NCBI GenBank assembly: GCA_951406725.2
Contig: OX597815.1
Coordinates: forward strand, 210,986,001-211,050,000
DNA from: Octopus vulgaris
Lineage: Eukaryota
Direction of reading: 5' to 3'
Length of the DNA stretch: 64,000 nt
Position numbers and translations under genes: made by a program. The notes below the pieces were generated by a model, which saw only the letters and a list, made by a program, of their open reading frames with translations, had not been told where the DNA came from and ran no database searches. How positions within the stretch are numbered: the first letter of the stretch is position 1; each line of letters opens with the position of its first letter. Below are positions 41,824 through 56,188 of the stretch, piece after piece.

Positions 41824-42381
41824 TACATCTACAATCCACACCACCGCATTAACCCCCTACACTCAATCATTCCTGTCCAAAATATTAGACATTCATGAAT
41901 TTTCTCACTGTAAACATTGTGCAGATGACTGTTGAGCAGACCATTCCTGTTCTTGGATGGTAGCTGCAACTTATCAATACAATTGCCTGTCTTTATTGAT
42001 AGAATCTATACTGTTGCAAGAATTTTCCACATTTACAATCTGAAGATAACTTCTTCCTTTCCTTCCAACAATTCCATAAACCTTAGAACTGAATCTAAGT
42101 CAATGCCTTCATTCCTCTGATTAAATCCTAAAAAAAAAATAAACATTAATAAGAGCATATAAGCATCTTGAATTCTTTTCAAGGTGCATATCTTTATTGA
42201 ACATCTATACCAACATTCTGCAGTTTGCCTGGTCCTCATTCATCTCCTGATGTGTATTACATGAGACAGATTACATTATTCAATTCACATGAATTCACAT
42301 GAATTCGTACATATCTTAAATTAAATATTTCTTTAAACTATCTACTGACTGAACAACTTTGAATTCTTACAGAGTCTTTAT

Positions 42382-43025
42382 GTGATGGGGTGCTGAAAAG
42401 TTCCTGGCTTTAAGGGTATCGTGAAAGGCCTGGTTGGAGGCCCAACCTTCTGAGTTCTTTTACAGGGCTTAGAAAAACTAAAGGACCACTGCAATAAGTG
42501 TGTGAATTTGAGAAGGGAATATGTAGAATAAAATCATAATTAACTGATCCTCCTGTAGTTTCTTTTACCCAAAGCTAGGAAATTTTCAGCCCCATCCCCT
42601 GTATATCATCAGCATCGTCATCTTTTAATGTCTGCTTTCCATGCTGGCATGGCTTGGACGGTTTGACTGAGGTTTGGCAACCCAGTAAGCTGCACCAGGC
42701 TCCAATCTGATCTGGCAGTGTTTCTACAGCTGGATGCCCTTCATAACGCCAACCACTCCAAGAGTGTAGTGGGTACTTTTTATGTGCCACCAGCACAGAT
42801 ATTTTGTCCCCTCACTCTGCCATTTCTCCTACCCCAGGACTTATTCTTTGTAAGCCTAGTACTTATTCTATCGGTCTCTTTTGCTGAACCACTGGGGTCG
42901 ATTTGCTCGACTAAAGGTGGTGCTCTAGCATGGCCACAGTCAAATGACTGAAACAAGTGAGAGTAACGGATCCTCCTGTATTTTCTTTTACCCAAAGCCA
43001 GGAACTTTTCAGTTATCCCCTCATA
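42382..43025. mobile_element. Mariner-derived MITE (42382-42604) plus a duplicated right end (42968-43025), with retroposon fragments between
   Basis: TIRs GGGGTGCTGAAAAGTTCCTGGCTTT / AAAGCCAGGAACTTTTCAG..CCCCTCATA; internal LEKLKDHCNKCVNLRREYVE* resembles a mariner C-terminus. Confidence 0.7.
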
Positions 43026-43356
43026 AATTAATGGCTGTCCAATTCTCACAAGACAACTATTGACATAAATGTAAGAAAGTCTACTCACTCTACACACTTT
43101 CTTTTCGTCACCTCACTGTATATTTCACTCCTCTGTGACATCCAACATCTCCCTAATAGATATTACATTCATTTCATCTTTGGAGTACTGCTAATGTATA
43201 CATTGTTTAAGATCAATATCAAAGTCGAGAGTGAGAAACTTTTGACATATACAGGTGAACATTTCATACCAACTACATACTAACTTGCACAAGTGTGCAA
43301 CAGACTATTTTGCTTGCAGATACTGCGAATCTGTCAAATTAAAGATATACTTACTT

Positions 43357-44114
<758 letters not shown>

Positions 44115-44420
44115 CCATAAATCTTGGTTAACTAACATATTTACTGTTTTATAATTGAAATATTACCCTCAGGTTTGTGAATAAATTCATTCAGAAAATA
44201 CTGAAACATGACATCATCTCTTAAAACCTCAGCAAAGCATTCTTCTCTTAACTTAAACTTAGTTTTCCATTTCAAAACTTCTTCAGCATATAAACGCTTT
44301 CTTTTACTAAAATATACACCTTGAATTCTACTCTGTCACCATTTTCTTTACTTTGTTGTGTTTTTGTTCCTATAATTTATGTATACTTGAATATATATAT
44401 ATGTGCATGTGTGTGTGTGC

Positions 44421-44455
<35 letters not shown>

Positions 44456-44581
44456 CGTATGTATGTATGTATGTATGTAGACAGATAGATAAATAGACAG
44501 ATAGATAGACAGACGGATAGACAGATAGATAGATAGATAGATAGAAGAGAGATGCACACACATACACACACACACACACAC

Positions 44582-44614
<33 letters not shown>

Positions 44615-44651
44615 TATACATATATACACACATATATATAAATATATATGA

Positions 44652-44684
<33 letters not shown>

Positions 44685-45092
44685 GAGAGAGGGTGCGATG
44701 GGTAAATTGTCACCATTTTATATTTTAATTTCGCTCATGCACATTGTTTGTTTGGGATTTTGTCAACAACACAGTATAGTAGGGTCGGTTGGGCACCATC
44801 TGTGAGAAAAACAGCAACATGACGCATTTCACTCTGCCAGATGCTGGGGCATCACCTTCAACAATTTTAGTCAAACAAATTAACCCAGTACTTAGAATTT
44901 GTTTTAACAACTCAGATTTATTTTATGTCTTTCTTTTGCAGGTTGTCAAGAGGCAGTAGATGGGGCAGGGGACCAACTCAAAGACTGACACAAAGACATA
45001 CATATATGTATGCAGACAATGGGCTTCTTTCAGTTTCCCTCTACCAAATCCACTCAGAAGGCTTTGGTCAGTTTGTGGCTATTGTAGAAAAC

Positions 45093-45479
45093 GTGGAGGT
45101 GCAATGGCCCAGTGGTTAGGGCAGCGGACTCACGGTCGTACAATCGCGGTTTCGATTCCCAGACCGGGCGTTGTGAGTGTTTATTGAGCGAAAACACCTA
45201 AAGCTCCACGAGGCTCCGGCAGGGGAAGGTGGTGATCCCTGCTGTACTCTTTCAGCACAACTTTCTCTCACTCTTACTTCCTGTTTCTGTTGTACCTGTA
45301 TTTCAAAGGGCCAGCCTTGTCACTCTTTGTGTCACGCTGAATATCCCCAAGAACTACGTTAAGGGTACACGTGTCTGTGGAGTGCTCAGCCACTTGCACG
45401 TTAATTTCACGAGCAGGCTGTTCCGTTGATTGGATCAACCGGAACCCTCGTCGTCGTAACCAACGGAGTGCTTCCATCC
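45093..45479 (+). mobile_element. Young tRNA-derived SINE (family E) nested in an old minus-strand family A SINE
   Basis: TSD ATTGTAGAAAAC at 45081-45092 and 45480-45491; near identical to 63577-63966. Confidence 0.9.
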
Positions 45480-47274
45480 ATTGTAGAAAACACCTGCCCA
45501 AGGTTCCACACAGTGGAACAGTACCTACAACTATGTGGTAGTGAAGTAAACTTCCCCATATCTAAACATTAATAATGGTCTCAAACTTTGCTACACAGTT
45601 AGCAATTTTGCTCTTAGGAGATGTGCTAAGTCAATTACCTCAACCCCGGTACTCAACCAATGCTTATTTTATCAACATCAAAATGATGAAAGGCAAAGTC
45701 GACCTTGACGGCATTTGAACACTGAACATAAAGCCAGAACAATAGATGCTGCTAAGTATTTCATCCAGCATGCTAATGACTCTGTCAGCTCATAACCTTC
45801 ATCTAATCATTAATAATAACATAATATGAAATATAATACATATTACTGCTGCTTTAAAGAATGATATTGAGAACAGCATTAGTTTGAAAGAGGAGTTTGA
45901 TTGCCAAAGTTCACTGAGAGGTGGTAATGAAACTAGAAACGGGAGAGTGAATAGATTTTGATCTATACATCTCCTAAGCTTAATAGCATTCCATGTTTAG
46001 TAAACTTCAAGACAAAAAGAAAAGAGGTTCTCTTCTATTCTACAACACACATTCTTAGCAAAGCATGACATACTTACAGCAATAAAACAACACTAGTTTA
46101 TCCAACAGAATACAATGGCTACCTTGACCAACATGCATATTTAGTGATTCCGTATGGAAATTATCACCTAATGTAATTCAACCATTATTGTGTATCTTTT
46201 ATTTTATAAATAATCTACCAAATTTACTTCCTACTTTGTCATTCATTCCTAACAATGTGACCAAAATCGGCCAAGCTAAATATGCATTTCATACTTGGGA
46301 TGCTAAAACTAATTACCATTTTGGTTTGGTAAACAAGAAGGTTACACATGAATGGACAAACCAAAAGCCCTCTTAAAGCAATCCTTATAGTTCAGGGTAA
46401 GGAGGGAAGAGATGAAGGACAATAATGGCAACAATGGTAATGTTGATAATCATGATCACGATGATAAGGCGCAAGAGTGGCTGTGTGGTAAGTAGCTTGC
46501 TTATGAACTACATGGTTCTGGGTTCAGTCCCACTGTGTGGCACCTTGAGCAAGTGTCTTCTGCTATAGCCTCGGGCTGACCAAAGCCTTGTGAGTGGATT
46601 TGGTAGACGGAAACTGAAAGAAGCCTGTTGTATATATATATATGTGTGTGTGTGAGTGCGTGTGTGCGTGTGTGTGTGCGTGTGTGTGTATGTCTTTGTG
46701 TCTGTAAATTCTGTTAATAATTCTATAACTGAGCCTTTTTTAAACAATGACAAAGATGACAAAACATATTTTGGGAAAGAATCAGAAGCTTTGAATGTTA
46801 CAACTGCATTTATTGTTTGGTGTTCCGATGTAGAAGATGGAAGACAGGGATGCTCTTTCTATGTATATTCGAGGAGTTGAACAATCTGTATCGTAAAGAA
46901 TTATATTGGATATATATAAAACGAGAAATCGTAAAACCGGGTGAGGTGGAGATAGTCTGGTGGATTGCGTTTGTTGCAAATGAAATTCTATACTAAGTAG
47001 ATGTTAACATAATTGGAGAATATCTTTGAAGTATGTATCTGCATGTGTGTCTGTGTGTGCATATGTGTGTGTGTGTGTGTGTGTGTGCTTGTGTGTGGGT
47101 ATGCATATGTGTGTGTGCTTGTGTGTGGGTATGCATGTGTGTGTTTGAATATATACATATATATATATATATATATGTGTGTGTATATATACTGTATACA
47201 TATATAACTATATAACTACATATATATTTATAACTATATAACTGTATATATATATAACTATATATATATATGTA

Positions 47275-47320
<46 letters not shown>

Positions 47321-47338
47321 TACATATAGAGACAACAG

Positions 47339-47376
<38 letters not shown>

Positions 47377-47700
47377 TTAAACACACACACACACACACAA
47401 ATATATATAGGAATAATAACATTTGACTGAGAACATGAATGTATGTACACAAAATTGACTGGAAGTTGAAATATATCAACTCAAATATAAAATATAAATA
47501 TAAAAGCTATTGTTCCTACATTCATGTCTGTATTTTTATCACTTTATCATTCTGGAATTTTCTATTAAATACAGTAAAGATATACGCCCATTAGGAAATG
47601 ATACTTTAACAGCTGCAACTACAAAAAAGTTGCCATTCTCCTTCACTGGTATTGCTATCGACCATGCTGATTATGTTGTCATATATATGTGTATATAAAC

Positions 47701-47742
<42 letters not shown>

Positions 47743-47784
47743 ACACATTCACACATATGCACAAATATGTATGTGTGTGTATGT

Positions 47785-48202
47785 TTTGCAAACAACTTGC
47801 ACATGCAAGTGCTATCAGTCAGGAACTCCGCATATCAGAAGCCAGCAAGCATATGGGTTCATCAGGAGAGAATGTGTGCCGTTTCAGGGCCTACCTCTCG
47901 ACGGCATCAATGAGCACCAGCCTCCCTCACAGATATGAGGCCCCGCTTGCCAGATCAACTGGTTATCAAATAAAGCTCAATATTCTTCTAGCCATTGCTC
48001 ATCGTCTCTTTTTAACCAAATCCAGTGGCTAGCCTTCTCCACTGTAGTTTGGATATCGGTCATGGTGGTATTGACTTTACGATGAGTTAGGCCTAACAAT
48101 AACAAGAGTCGTCTCACACTGTGTCCAACAAACCCTCTACATCCGACTTCGATTGGAAAATGCTCCACTTCCAGCCTGAATCTTCACATTAGGCAAGGAG
48201 GT
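47785..48202 (-). mobile_element. 3' end of an REL-endonuclease non-LTR retrotransposon (HERO-like)
   Basis: CEDSGWKVEHFPIEVGCRGFVGHSV..VEKASHWIWLKR..* is the C-terminal restriction-like endonuclease tail typical of the HERO clade; it is followed by a ~190-nt 3' UTR. Confidence 0.8.
47855..47906 (-). ncRNA. Hammerhead-like motif with non-canonical strand order
   Basis: Minus strand reads TGCCGTC GAGAG gtaggccct GAAACGGCA cacatt CTCTC CTGATGA accc. Stems I and III are perfectly complementary; stem II is not evident. Confidence 0.45.
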
Positions 48203-48342
48203 TTATGTAATGGTCAATCTTTTGAGCCCTAGCAGCGTCCATGTTATATATATATGCACAAACATTGAATATACATACATATACATATAAATATACTTAC
48301 ATATATACATAAATAAATATATATATATATATATAATATATA

Positions 48343-48873
<531 letters not shown>

Positions 48874-48879
48874 CTTATA

Positions 48880-48957
<78 letters not shown>

Positions 48958-49502
48958 TCATATGTATATATGTGAATATGTATTGAGTTTGTTGTCATTG
49001 TTGGCGGCAGTGGGTGGTGGTGGGTGATATCAGCAGCAGTGGCAGGGGCATAAAGAAAAGTCTCAGATAATGCAATTTCAAGTTTTAAAAAGGTATCAAT
49101 TTTGGAAACAGACAGACTTTTCAGAAAATACTGAAGATGGCTGTCTTTATGCAACATGCTCAAAATAATAATTTGCATTTCAATTTTACATTCTTTAATT
49201 TAATGGATATTAGTTTGTAATTTCTTTTTTTTCGAAAGACAAAATATTTTTGCTCATCTTTTTTTTTTACCTTCTTACAAGGAAAATACAGTTATCTCAA
49301 TTATTTTAGTCAACAATAGGAATTCCATTATCATCTTTTACAGTATTTAAATCACACACACACACACACACATTCATTCTCAATATATATATACATATTT
49401 TATATATTCATTCTCAACAAATATATAAATGTTTCTCTCTGTCTAAATTTCCTTGTTAGTGAATCTATATACACACATGCTCATACATAAATATTCTTAA
49501 TG

Positions 49503-49576
<74 letters not shown>

Positions 49577-49912
49577 CTTCATCTATGTATATGTGTGGCA
49601 TATATTTTGCTACCATTACACAAACTTCCGGAGTATGCATAAAATGATCTTACAATGAAATTAAAAACTGTGTATTTTCATTTAGTATATTTACTCATAC
49701 TAATTTCAACTTAAGCTCAACTATCTAATTCAATTTCAATGTTTTTGTTTTTGTTTCGTTTTCCATATATGTGAACACATTCTTATACCCAAATACAAAC
49801 TAACAATGATATATATTGTGAAAAAAAATTTTAATCGTTGACATCAACACAAAACACAATAGGTTGAGCTAGTGCAAATCTCTGGTTAGAAGAATTACAA
49901 AAGACATTTTAA

Positions 49913-50130
49913 CCCTTTCGTTGCCATATTTATTTTGAGATGCTCTGTGTTTCTTTCAATTACTTTAAATATAACAAAGAATTTAGTAAAATAACTTAGT
50001 TATCATTCAACTAGTGTTAGGAACATAAATTGTAACTAAGGTTTGGTGGAAAATTTTAATTCAAAACATGAAAATAAGACATTTGTACTCAGAGCCAGAG
50101 CCGGTTTCAGCCGGGTTAGTAACGAAAGGG
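49913..50130. mobile_element. piggyBac-type MITE
   Basis: TTAA CCCTTTCGTT ... AACGAAAGGG TTAA. Confidence 0.85.
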
Positions 50131-50614
50131 TTAAAAACCTTGAATATCTATCCTCAAATTAAGATGACTTTACTTGTTAGTCATTGTTGAAAAACTGGTA
50201 GCAGATGTGGCAGTGCAGTGAAAGAGTTAACCTTGAAACTATGCTGTTTATGGATCAATCCCACTGCATGGCACTGTTGACAAGTGTCTTCCCTTTATAG
50301 CCTCCAAAGTTTGAGAGTAAAATTCTGTAGGTGGAAACAAGGGGGAAGCCAACCCGCCCTCACCTCAATGAACTGTTCCTGTTTTTGGGTGTTTGGCTAA
50401 AAATCTGGTTGTCTTTAGTGAAATCTTCTCTAATACAAGCTTCTCTAATAAAAGGCGGCAAGCTGGCAGAGACATTAGTATGCTGGGCAAAATGCTTAGT
50501 GGTATTTCGTCTGTCAGTACCTATCACCCTCTCAAGGGCCTCTGTGTCTGATGCTGGGAATGACTGATGTTATCCTTATACTATAAACCTAACCTGAAAG
50601 CTTTTATTAATTAA

Positions 50615-50850
50615 TCTCTTTGCTGCCCACAGTGGGGGGAGGGCTAAACATAGAGGAGACAAACAAAGACAGACAAAGGGATTAAGTTGATTACATCGAC
50701 CCTAGTATGCAACTGGTACTTAATTTATTGACCCCGAAAGGATGAAAGGCAAAGTCGACCTCAGCAGAATTTGAACTCAGAACGTAACTACAGACGAAGT
50801 ACCACTAAGCATTTTGCCCAACATGCAAATGTTTCTGCCAGCTCGCCGCT
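50615..50850 (-). mobile_element. SINE family B, CpG-decayed
   Basis: Family B motifs with CG>TG/CA changes (e.g. CTCAGCAGAA for CTCGGCGGAA). Confidence 0.85.
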
Positions 50851-52596
50851 CTTCCCACATTACTTTCACTGCACCTCCTCAGCCACCGGTTGGCTCCCCA
50901 TCCTCTGCTTTTTTCCTTTCAATGTCAGCTTCTCCACGTTCTCAAGCATGTATTTATGTATACTTAGAAAGAGTAAGAACAGGATGCAGAAGTCTACGGC
51001 TGTAGGTAACCCTCTTCATGCTTGAAGGTGCTTTTTGTGCAACTGACTTGTTCTCACCATCAGTAGTCTTACTGCTTCTCATCAGCTGAATGAACCAGAG
51101 CTGCATGAAATGAAGTGCCTTTCCCAAAGACATAATGTACCTACCAGGGTAGAAATCAAACCCACAACCTTATGATTAAGAGAACAGTTGCATAACCACT
51201 AGGTTACATAGTTCTGCATTTGCTTAAACCTATATAAATTATTTCCAAGCCAGAATAAAAGACAGAAAATGAAATATATTGCAATGAAATATGCTTATGT
51301 ATGCTTATTGATCAGAAAATAGTAATAATATATTTTCCTTATTTCATATTATTTTATGTTATTTATTTGCGTAATTATCTTATTGCTGTGGGTAAGTCTA
51401 GATAATATATTTGACAAGAGCAAAGCAGGCATACATAAATATGTTTTTCCTCTTCTTATGTTCACTTATCTGGGGAATCTTCATAATATTCCAAACAGTA
51501 TTTAATATAGTGTGTGACTATTTACTTGTTGCTGCAATAAAATATGAAGATTATTATATAACTTTCCTAGTAGAAGTGGTTAAAAGAAAATGAAGAGAAA
51601 ATTACTATCAAATGCAGAAGAATGGTGATTCATCTGCATTTGAAAATTGATAAACTCGTAATAATATACTTGTGTGTTTTTAAATTTGGCTTGTCATCTT
51701 TTTTACTGATGACCTGAATAAAATAGAGAGGGAAAATAAAAATATAAAAAGAGATATTTACAACCACTTATCTGAATTGTGCATTTAATAAATCATGTTT
51801 TTCTGGCTTCATATCAAGCCTAACTTTTCATATGCTTTGCTGATGTCAACTTACAGATTATTTGTGAGAGGTAAATCCCATTTGCAAAATATTTCTCAGT
51901 TTTAATATCAAATTTTTTCTTATAATGTTGGCATTAATACAGATTTCTTTTTCACAATGTATCTGACAAGCTTTTAAATGAGGAAGGATATAGTTAATTA
52001 AATTAACATTAATATTTAATTGCTTCTTGTATTGACACCTCTGAACTTTTCAACAATAGAAGTAAAGTTTACATTGACAGCACTTCAACAAAGAATCCAA
52101 TCATGCAACTCTGATAATGATAAGAGTAAATTAGTAATTAGTGAAAGAAATTACTTAATGAAGATGATATTTATAATTAGGAATAAAAATGGCAAATGGA
52201 AAATTGTCCAGTTGTTTTATCTATTTATTTATTTTCTCTGAAATAAGTGAGGTTCAATGAGGATGATATCCTTTTTGAGCAAATGCAAGTTAGCAACAGC
52301 AAGAAACACATGAACTACAAAGGAATTTGAGAAGATCACATGGTTCCGGGTTCAGTCCCACTGTGTAGCACCTTGCGCAAGTGTTTTCAGTTCTACTTTG
52401 TCAAGAACACAATGGCAAAACATTGCCTCTGCTTGAAACCAAATAATTTGCCAGCAGTGAAGAACACAAAGAAGAATGACTATGCACAAAGAATTACACT
52501 ACTTACATGGGCAATTTGAAAACAACACATGTTCATCAATAAAATCATTACACTCACTTTTGCTTTACTTTTAAGACAACCCTAGTCTCATGCATA

Positions 52597-52597
52597 T

Positions 52598-52636
<39 letters not shown>

Positions 52637-53095
52637 GTTTAACGTCCACTTTCCATGCTGGCATGGGTTGGACGATTTGACTGAGGACTGGTGAACCAGA
52701 TGGCTGCACCAGGCTCCAGTCTGATCTGGCAGAGTTTTTACAGTTGGATGCCCTTCCTAACGCCAACAACTCTGAGTGTGTAGTGGGTGCTTTTATGTGC
52801 CATCAGCAAGAGCACCAGTCAGGCAGTACTGGCAACAGTCACGCTCAAATGGTGTTTTTTACGTACCACCTGCACAGGAGCCAGTTCAGCGGCACTGGCA
52901 ACGACCTCACTCAAATAATTTTATCATGTGCCACCAGCACAAGTCCAAGTAAGGTGATGCTGGTAACAATCATGCTCAAATAGTGCTTTTACATGCCACC
53001 AGCACGGAAGCCAGTCAGCTGCTCTGGTAACGATCACGCTCGGATGGTGCTCTTAGCACTCCACTAGCATGGATACCAGTCATGTGGTGCTATGC
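52597..53095 (-). mobile_element. Retroposon 3' end with (ATG)n tail (RTE-type), with internal short repeats
   Basis: (CAT)n is followed by CGTTTAACGTCCACTTTCCATGCTGGCATGGGTTGGACG; a second copy lies at 42605-42800. Confidence 0.7.
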
Positions 53096-53199
53096 ATGTA
53101 TATATGTATATATGTATATATTTATGAACTTTAGTTGAACAGTCAGAAATCTACAGAAGTACCAGTTGTAGCTTTTGATGGGAAGGAATATGAGATAGA

Positions 53200-53615
53200 G
53201 ATGTATGAAATAAAGGGAAACTGGAAATTCCTCTGGAACAACCACCTGAAAAGGACAGACAGAATCTATGGCTGGTGTCAGGCCAAAGGTGACATGGTGG
53301 TGTAACTGTGAGGTAGGAAAAGTCATTAAAGTGAGGTAGATAGAGTCATAAATATGAGTTCAACAGACTTTGGAAAACTAGAAAAATGGAGGCAGCAAAG
53401 AATTATTTCAGGTAGTGAAAAAAAGGTACTAGTTGATAGGAGTGAATATCAAAGACAGAAACAGAATGTAAGAGGCTTGTCAATTTTCTACAGCATGAAG
53501 ATCAGAGGTTAAGGAGTTCCAGATTGTAAGACAGAATATCAAGGAGAATCAAGATCTAGTGGGCAAGAAGGGTGTATGGAAGAATAAGGGTACACTTGCA
53601 CTTAGTGAAAAAGGT
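53200..53615 (+). mobile_element. Decayed RTE-like LINE ORF fragment
   Basis: Fragments WKFLWNNHLKRTDRIYGWC, VTWWCN and EDQRLRSSR/ENQDLVGKKGV..GTLALSE resemble the EN-RT linker of RTE-group LINEs. Confidence 0.5.
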
Positions 53616-53704
53616 TTGTTCCGTTGTGAACACAACAGAGGAACCACCTATCTTAGCTGCCAGCAGTTTGATAGACACAGTAGTAAAAGTTCCTTATCTC
53701 TAAA

Positions 53705-54050
53705 ATGATGACAATGATGATGATGATGGAAGAAGGAGGATGGGGAGGGAGAGCAAGTAATAATGGCAACAACAAGGAGGATGAAGTGGATGACGACAAC
53801 GATAACAATGATGATGAGGAGGAGAAGGAGGAGCAGGAGTGGGAGGATGACAAGGACAAGAACAAAGATGATGTCAACGATAAAAATGAGGACGATGATG
53901 ATGAGGAGGAGAAGAAGGAGGAGGAGGAGAACAATGACAATGATGATGACAACTATGATGACAACGATGATGATAATGATGATGATAACATTCTGATGAT
54001 CATGATGATCATGGCGATGACTACAATAATAACAACAACAACAACAATAC
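53705..54050. repeat. Low-complexity (GAT/GAG/AAC)n trinucleotide tract
   Basis: Direct inspection. Confidence 0.9.
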
Positions 54051-54541
54051 ATACACAAAGCCAAATACACAAACAACCTTAGCCAACCACTCACGTACAC
54101 ACACATATTCACATTCATTACAATCATTTTCATTAAATACATTAGACAGTTATAGATTTTGATAGTTATCACATCTAATAATAATTATATTTCTTATAAT
54201 TATGTGTGTTGTCTGTTCAATATCTATAATAATATTTGTTTCATAATTACTTTTACACTTATTGTAATGTAGATTTTACTAAACTAGAAATAAAACAAAA
54301 AAAAAAATTAATGAATGGAATATTTTCTTTCAAAAATTTTAAAGATAAAATTGGTTCCATTGAATGTCTTCTACTTATAATTTCTCACTCGTCTCAAATT
54401 ACATTTAACTTTCTTTACGTCATTTGTTTTTTGGGTTTTTTTTTGTTTCAAAATATTTTAATATTTTAATGTTATTATTTCATTTTTATAGGAAGAAAAT
54501 TAAAGATGTTTCAATTCACAATGAAAGAACTGCCTTTGAAA

Positions 54542-54589
<48 letters not shown>

Positions 54590-54642
54590 ATATATGCATA
54601 TATATATATATATACAGATATATGTATATGTATATATATATA

Positions 54643-54675
<33 letters not shown>

Positions 54676-54687
54676 GTGTATATACAT

Positions 54688-54723
<36 letters not shown>

Positions 54724-55170
54724 CGATGGATAAAGTTAGCTACATAATATAGACATAGATATATAGAATGTTTAACAATATGTCATATTGAACTGTTTGT
54801 TGTTGCCGTTTCTTTCAGCTTTACACAACAAATAAACACCAACGGATTCCCCGTTAAAGACATTACTTTAATTAGCTGAATCAATTGCATAATATCTCCC
54901 AGTTCAAAAATCATAGTGGTTGTTGCTATTGTTGTATTTGTTATTATCTTTGTGGCTATTGTTGTTGTTGTTGTTCCTGTTATTGTAATTCAATGCTAGG
55001 CCAACCCATATTAAGCTTACTTATGACCAAAGGCATACCAACCATGCCCATTCTATCTGATATATTTCTGGCTGCTTCATCTAATATGTCTTTTGCTTTT
55101 TTACCCTTTCTATATCAATGTACCTGTGACTTCTTCTTGATCTATGATATAAACTTTCTGTTTAAAAGTA

Positions 55171-55675
55171 CTGTAAATCCTCGAGTATAATCCGCATTTT
55201 TTCCCCAAAATTTAAAGTTCAAAATCCCTAGTGTGTACTATATTCGAGGTTAAAAATGAAAAATATTTTCTAAGCAATGTTCGAGTCTCTATTTGCTGTC
55301 CGGCAATGTTTATTCAGATGCATTTTGTGATGTCAGGTGTGAAAATACCTTAAGCTAAGCCTGAAAGCAATGAAGTCATAAAAAAATCATCTATAACTTG
55401 CAGTAAGCAACATTTATTAAAATAAAAGTATTCAGAACATAGAATAATATGTACCAAAATCAATTTGCAAACATATTTACATTCCCATATAACAGTTAAG
55501 AACACCACCATTATTGTATTACGCATACGTGGAAGTGTTTGTTCGACTTAGTGCTGCTGGCTAAATTACGCACGACTCAAGTTAGAAAAAGGGTGTGTAT
55601 TATACACAAGGTTTAGGTTTTTCAGAGGTACAGCCCCCTAAAAATCCCCTGCGTATTATACTCAAGGGCAGACAT
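55171..55675. mobile_element. Non-autonomous Tc2/pogo-like DNA element, right end truncated
   Basis: TA|CTGTAAATCCTCGAGTATAATCCGCA start; subterminal GCGTATTATACTC-type repeats occur at both ends. Confidence 0.6.
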
Positions 55676-56188
55676 ATTGATCTATGTTCCAGACTCCAGC
55701 TTTCTACTATAAGCACAAGGCCTGAAATTTTGAGGGAGGAGGTTATTCATTTATTTCAACCTCAGCACTTGACTGTTACTTATTTCATCAATCTCAAAAG
55801 ATGAAAGCCAAAGTTGACCTCAGTAAAATTTGAACTCAGAACTTAAAGCTAGAAGAAATGCCACTAAGCATTTTGTGCAGTGTGCATACCATAGAATGTA
55901 TAATGATGTGCAAAAACCAGAACACAACAGACAAACATATAAACAGTTAATGCAAAGATTAACTAGAATATTTTGCATTGTGTGGCCCACTTGATGATAA
56001 GCCATGTCTCAAGCAACCCACTTCTCAGAAAAGGTTGCTTGCTTGACTTATTGGTTCTTTCATTACTACTGATTATTTTTGCATCAATCATGAATTTCTA
56101 GAAGATGCAGAAGTTTCAATAGTTTTCTAAGATATTTAATTCTATGTGACTCAATCTGTCTGTTTGTCAAAATACAAGATTCATAGTA

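Noticed and set aside
51608-51643. 16-bp hairpin as a Helitron 3' end or terminator
   Set aside because: No CTRR terminus at the expected distance; such short AT-rich hairpins (also 56010-56040) can arise by chance.
53648-54172. Acidic D/E-rich or hydrophobic ORFs
   Set aside because: Degenerate trinucleotide tract open in several frames on both strands, with no domain or splice support.
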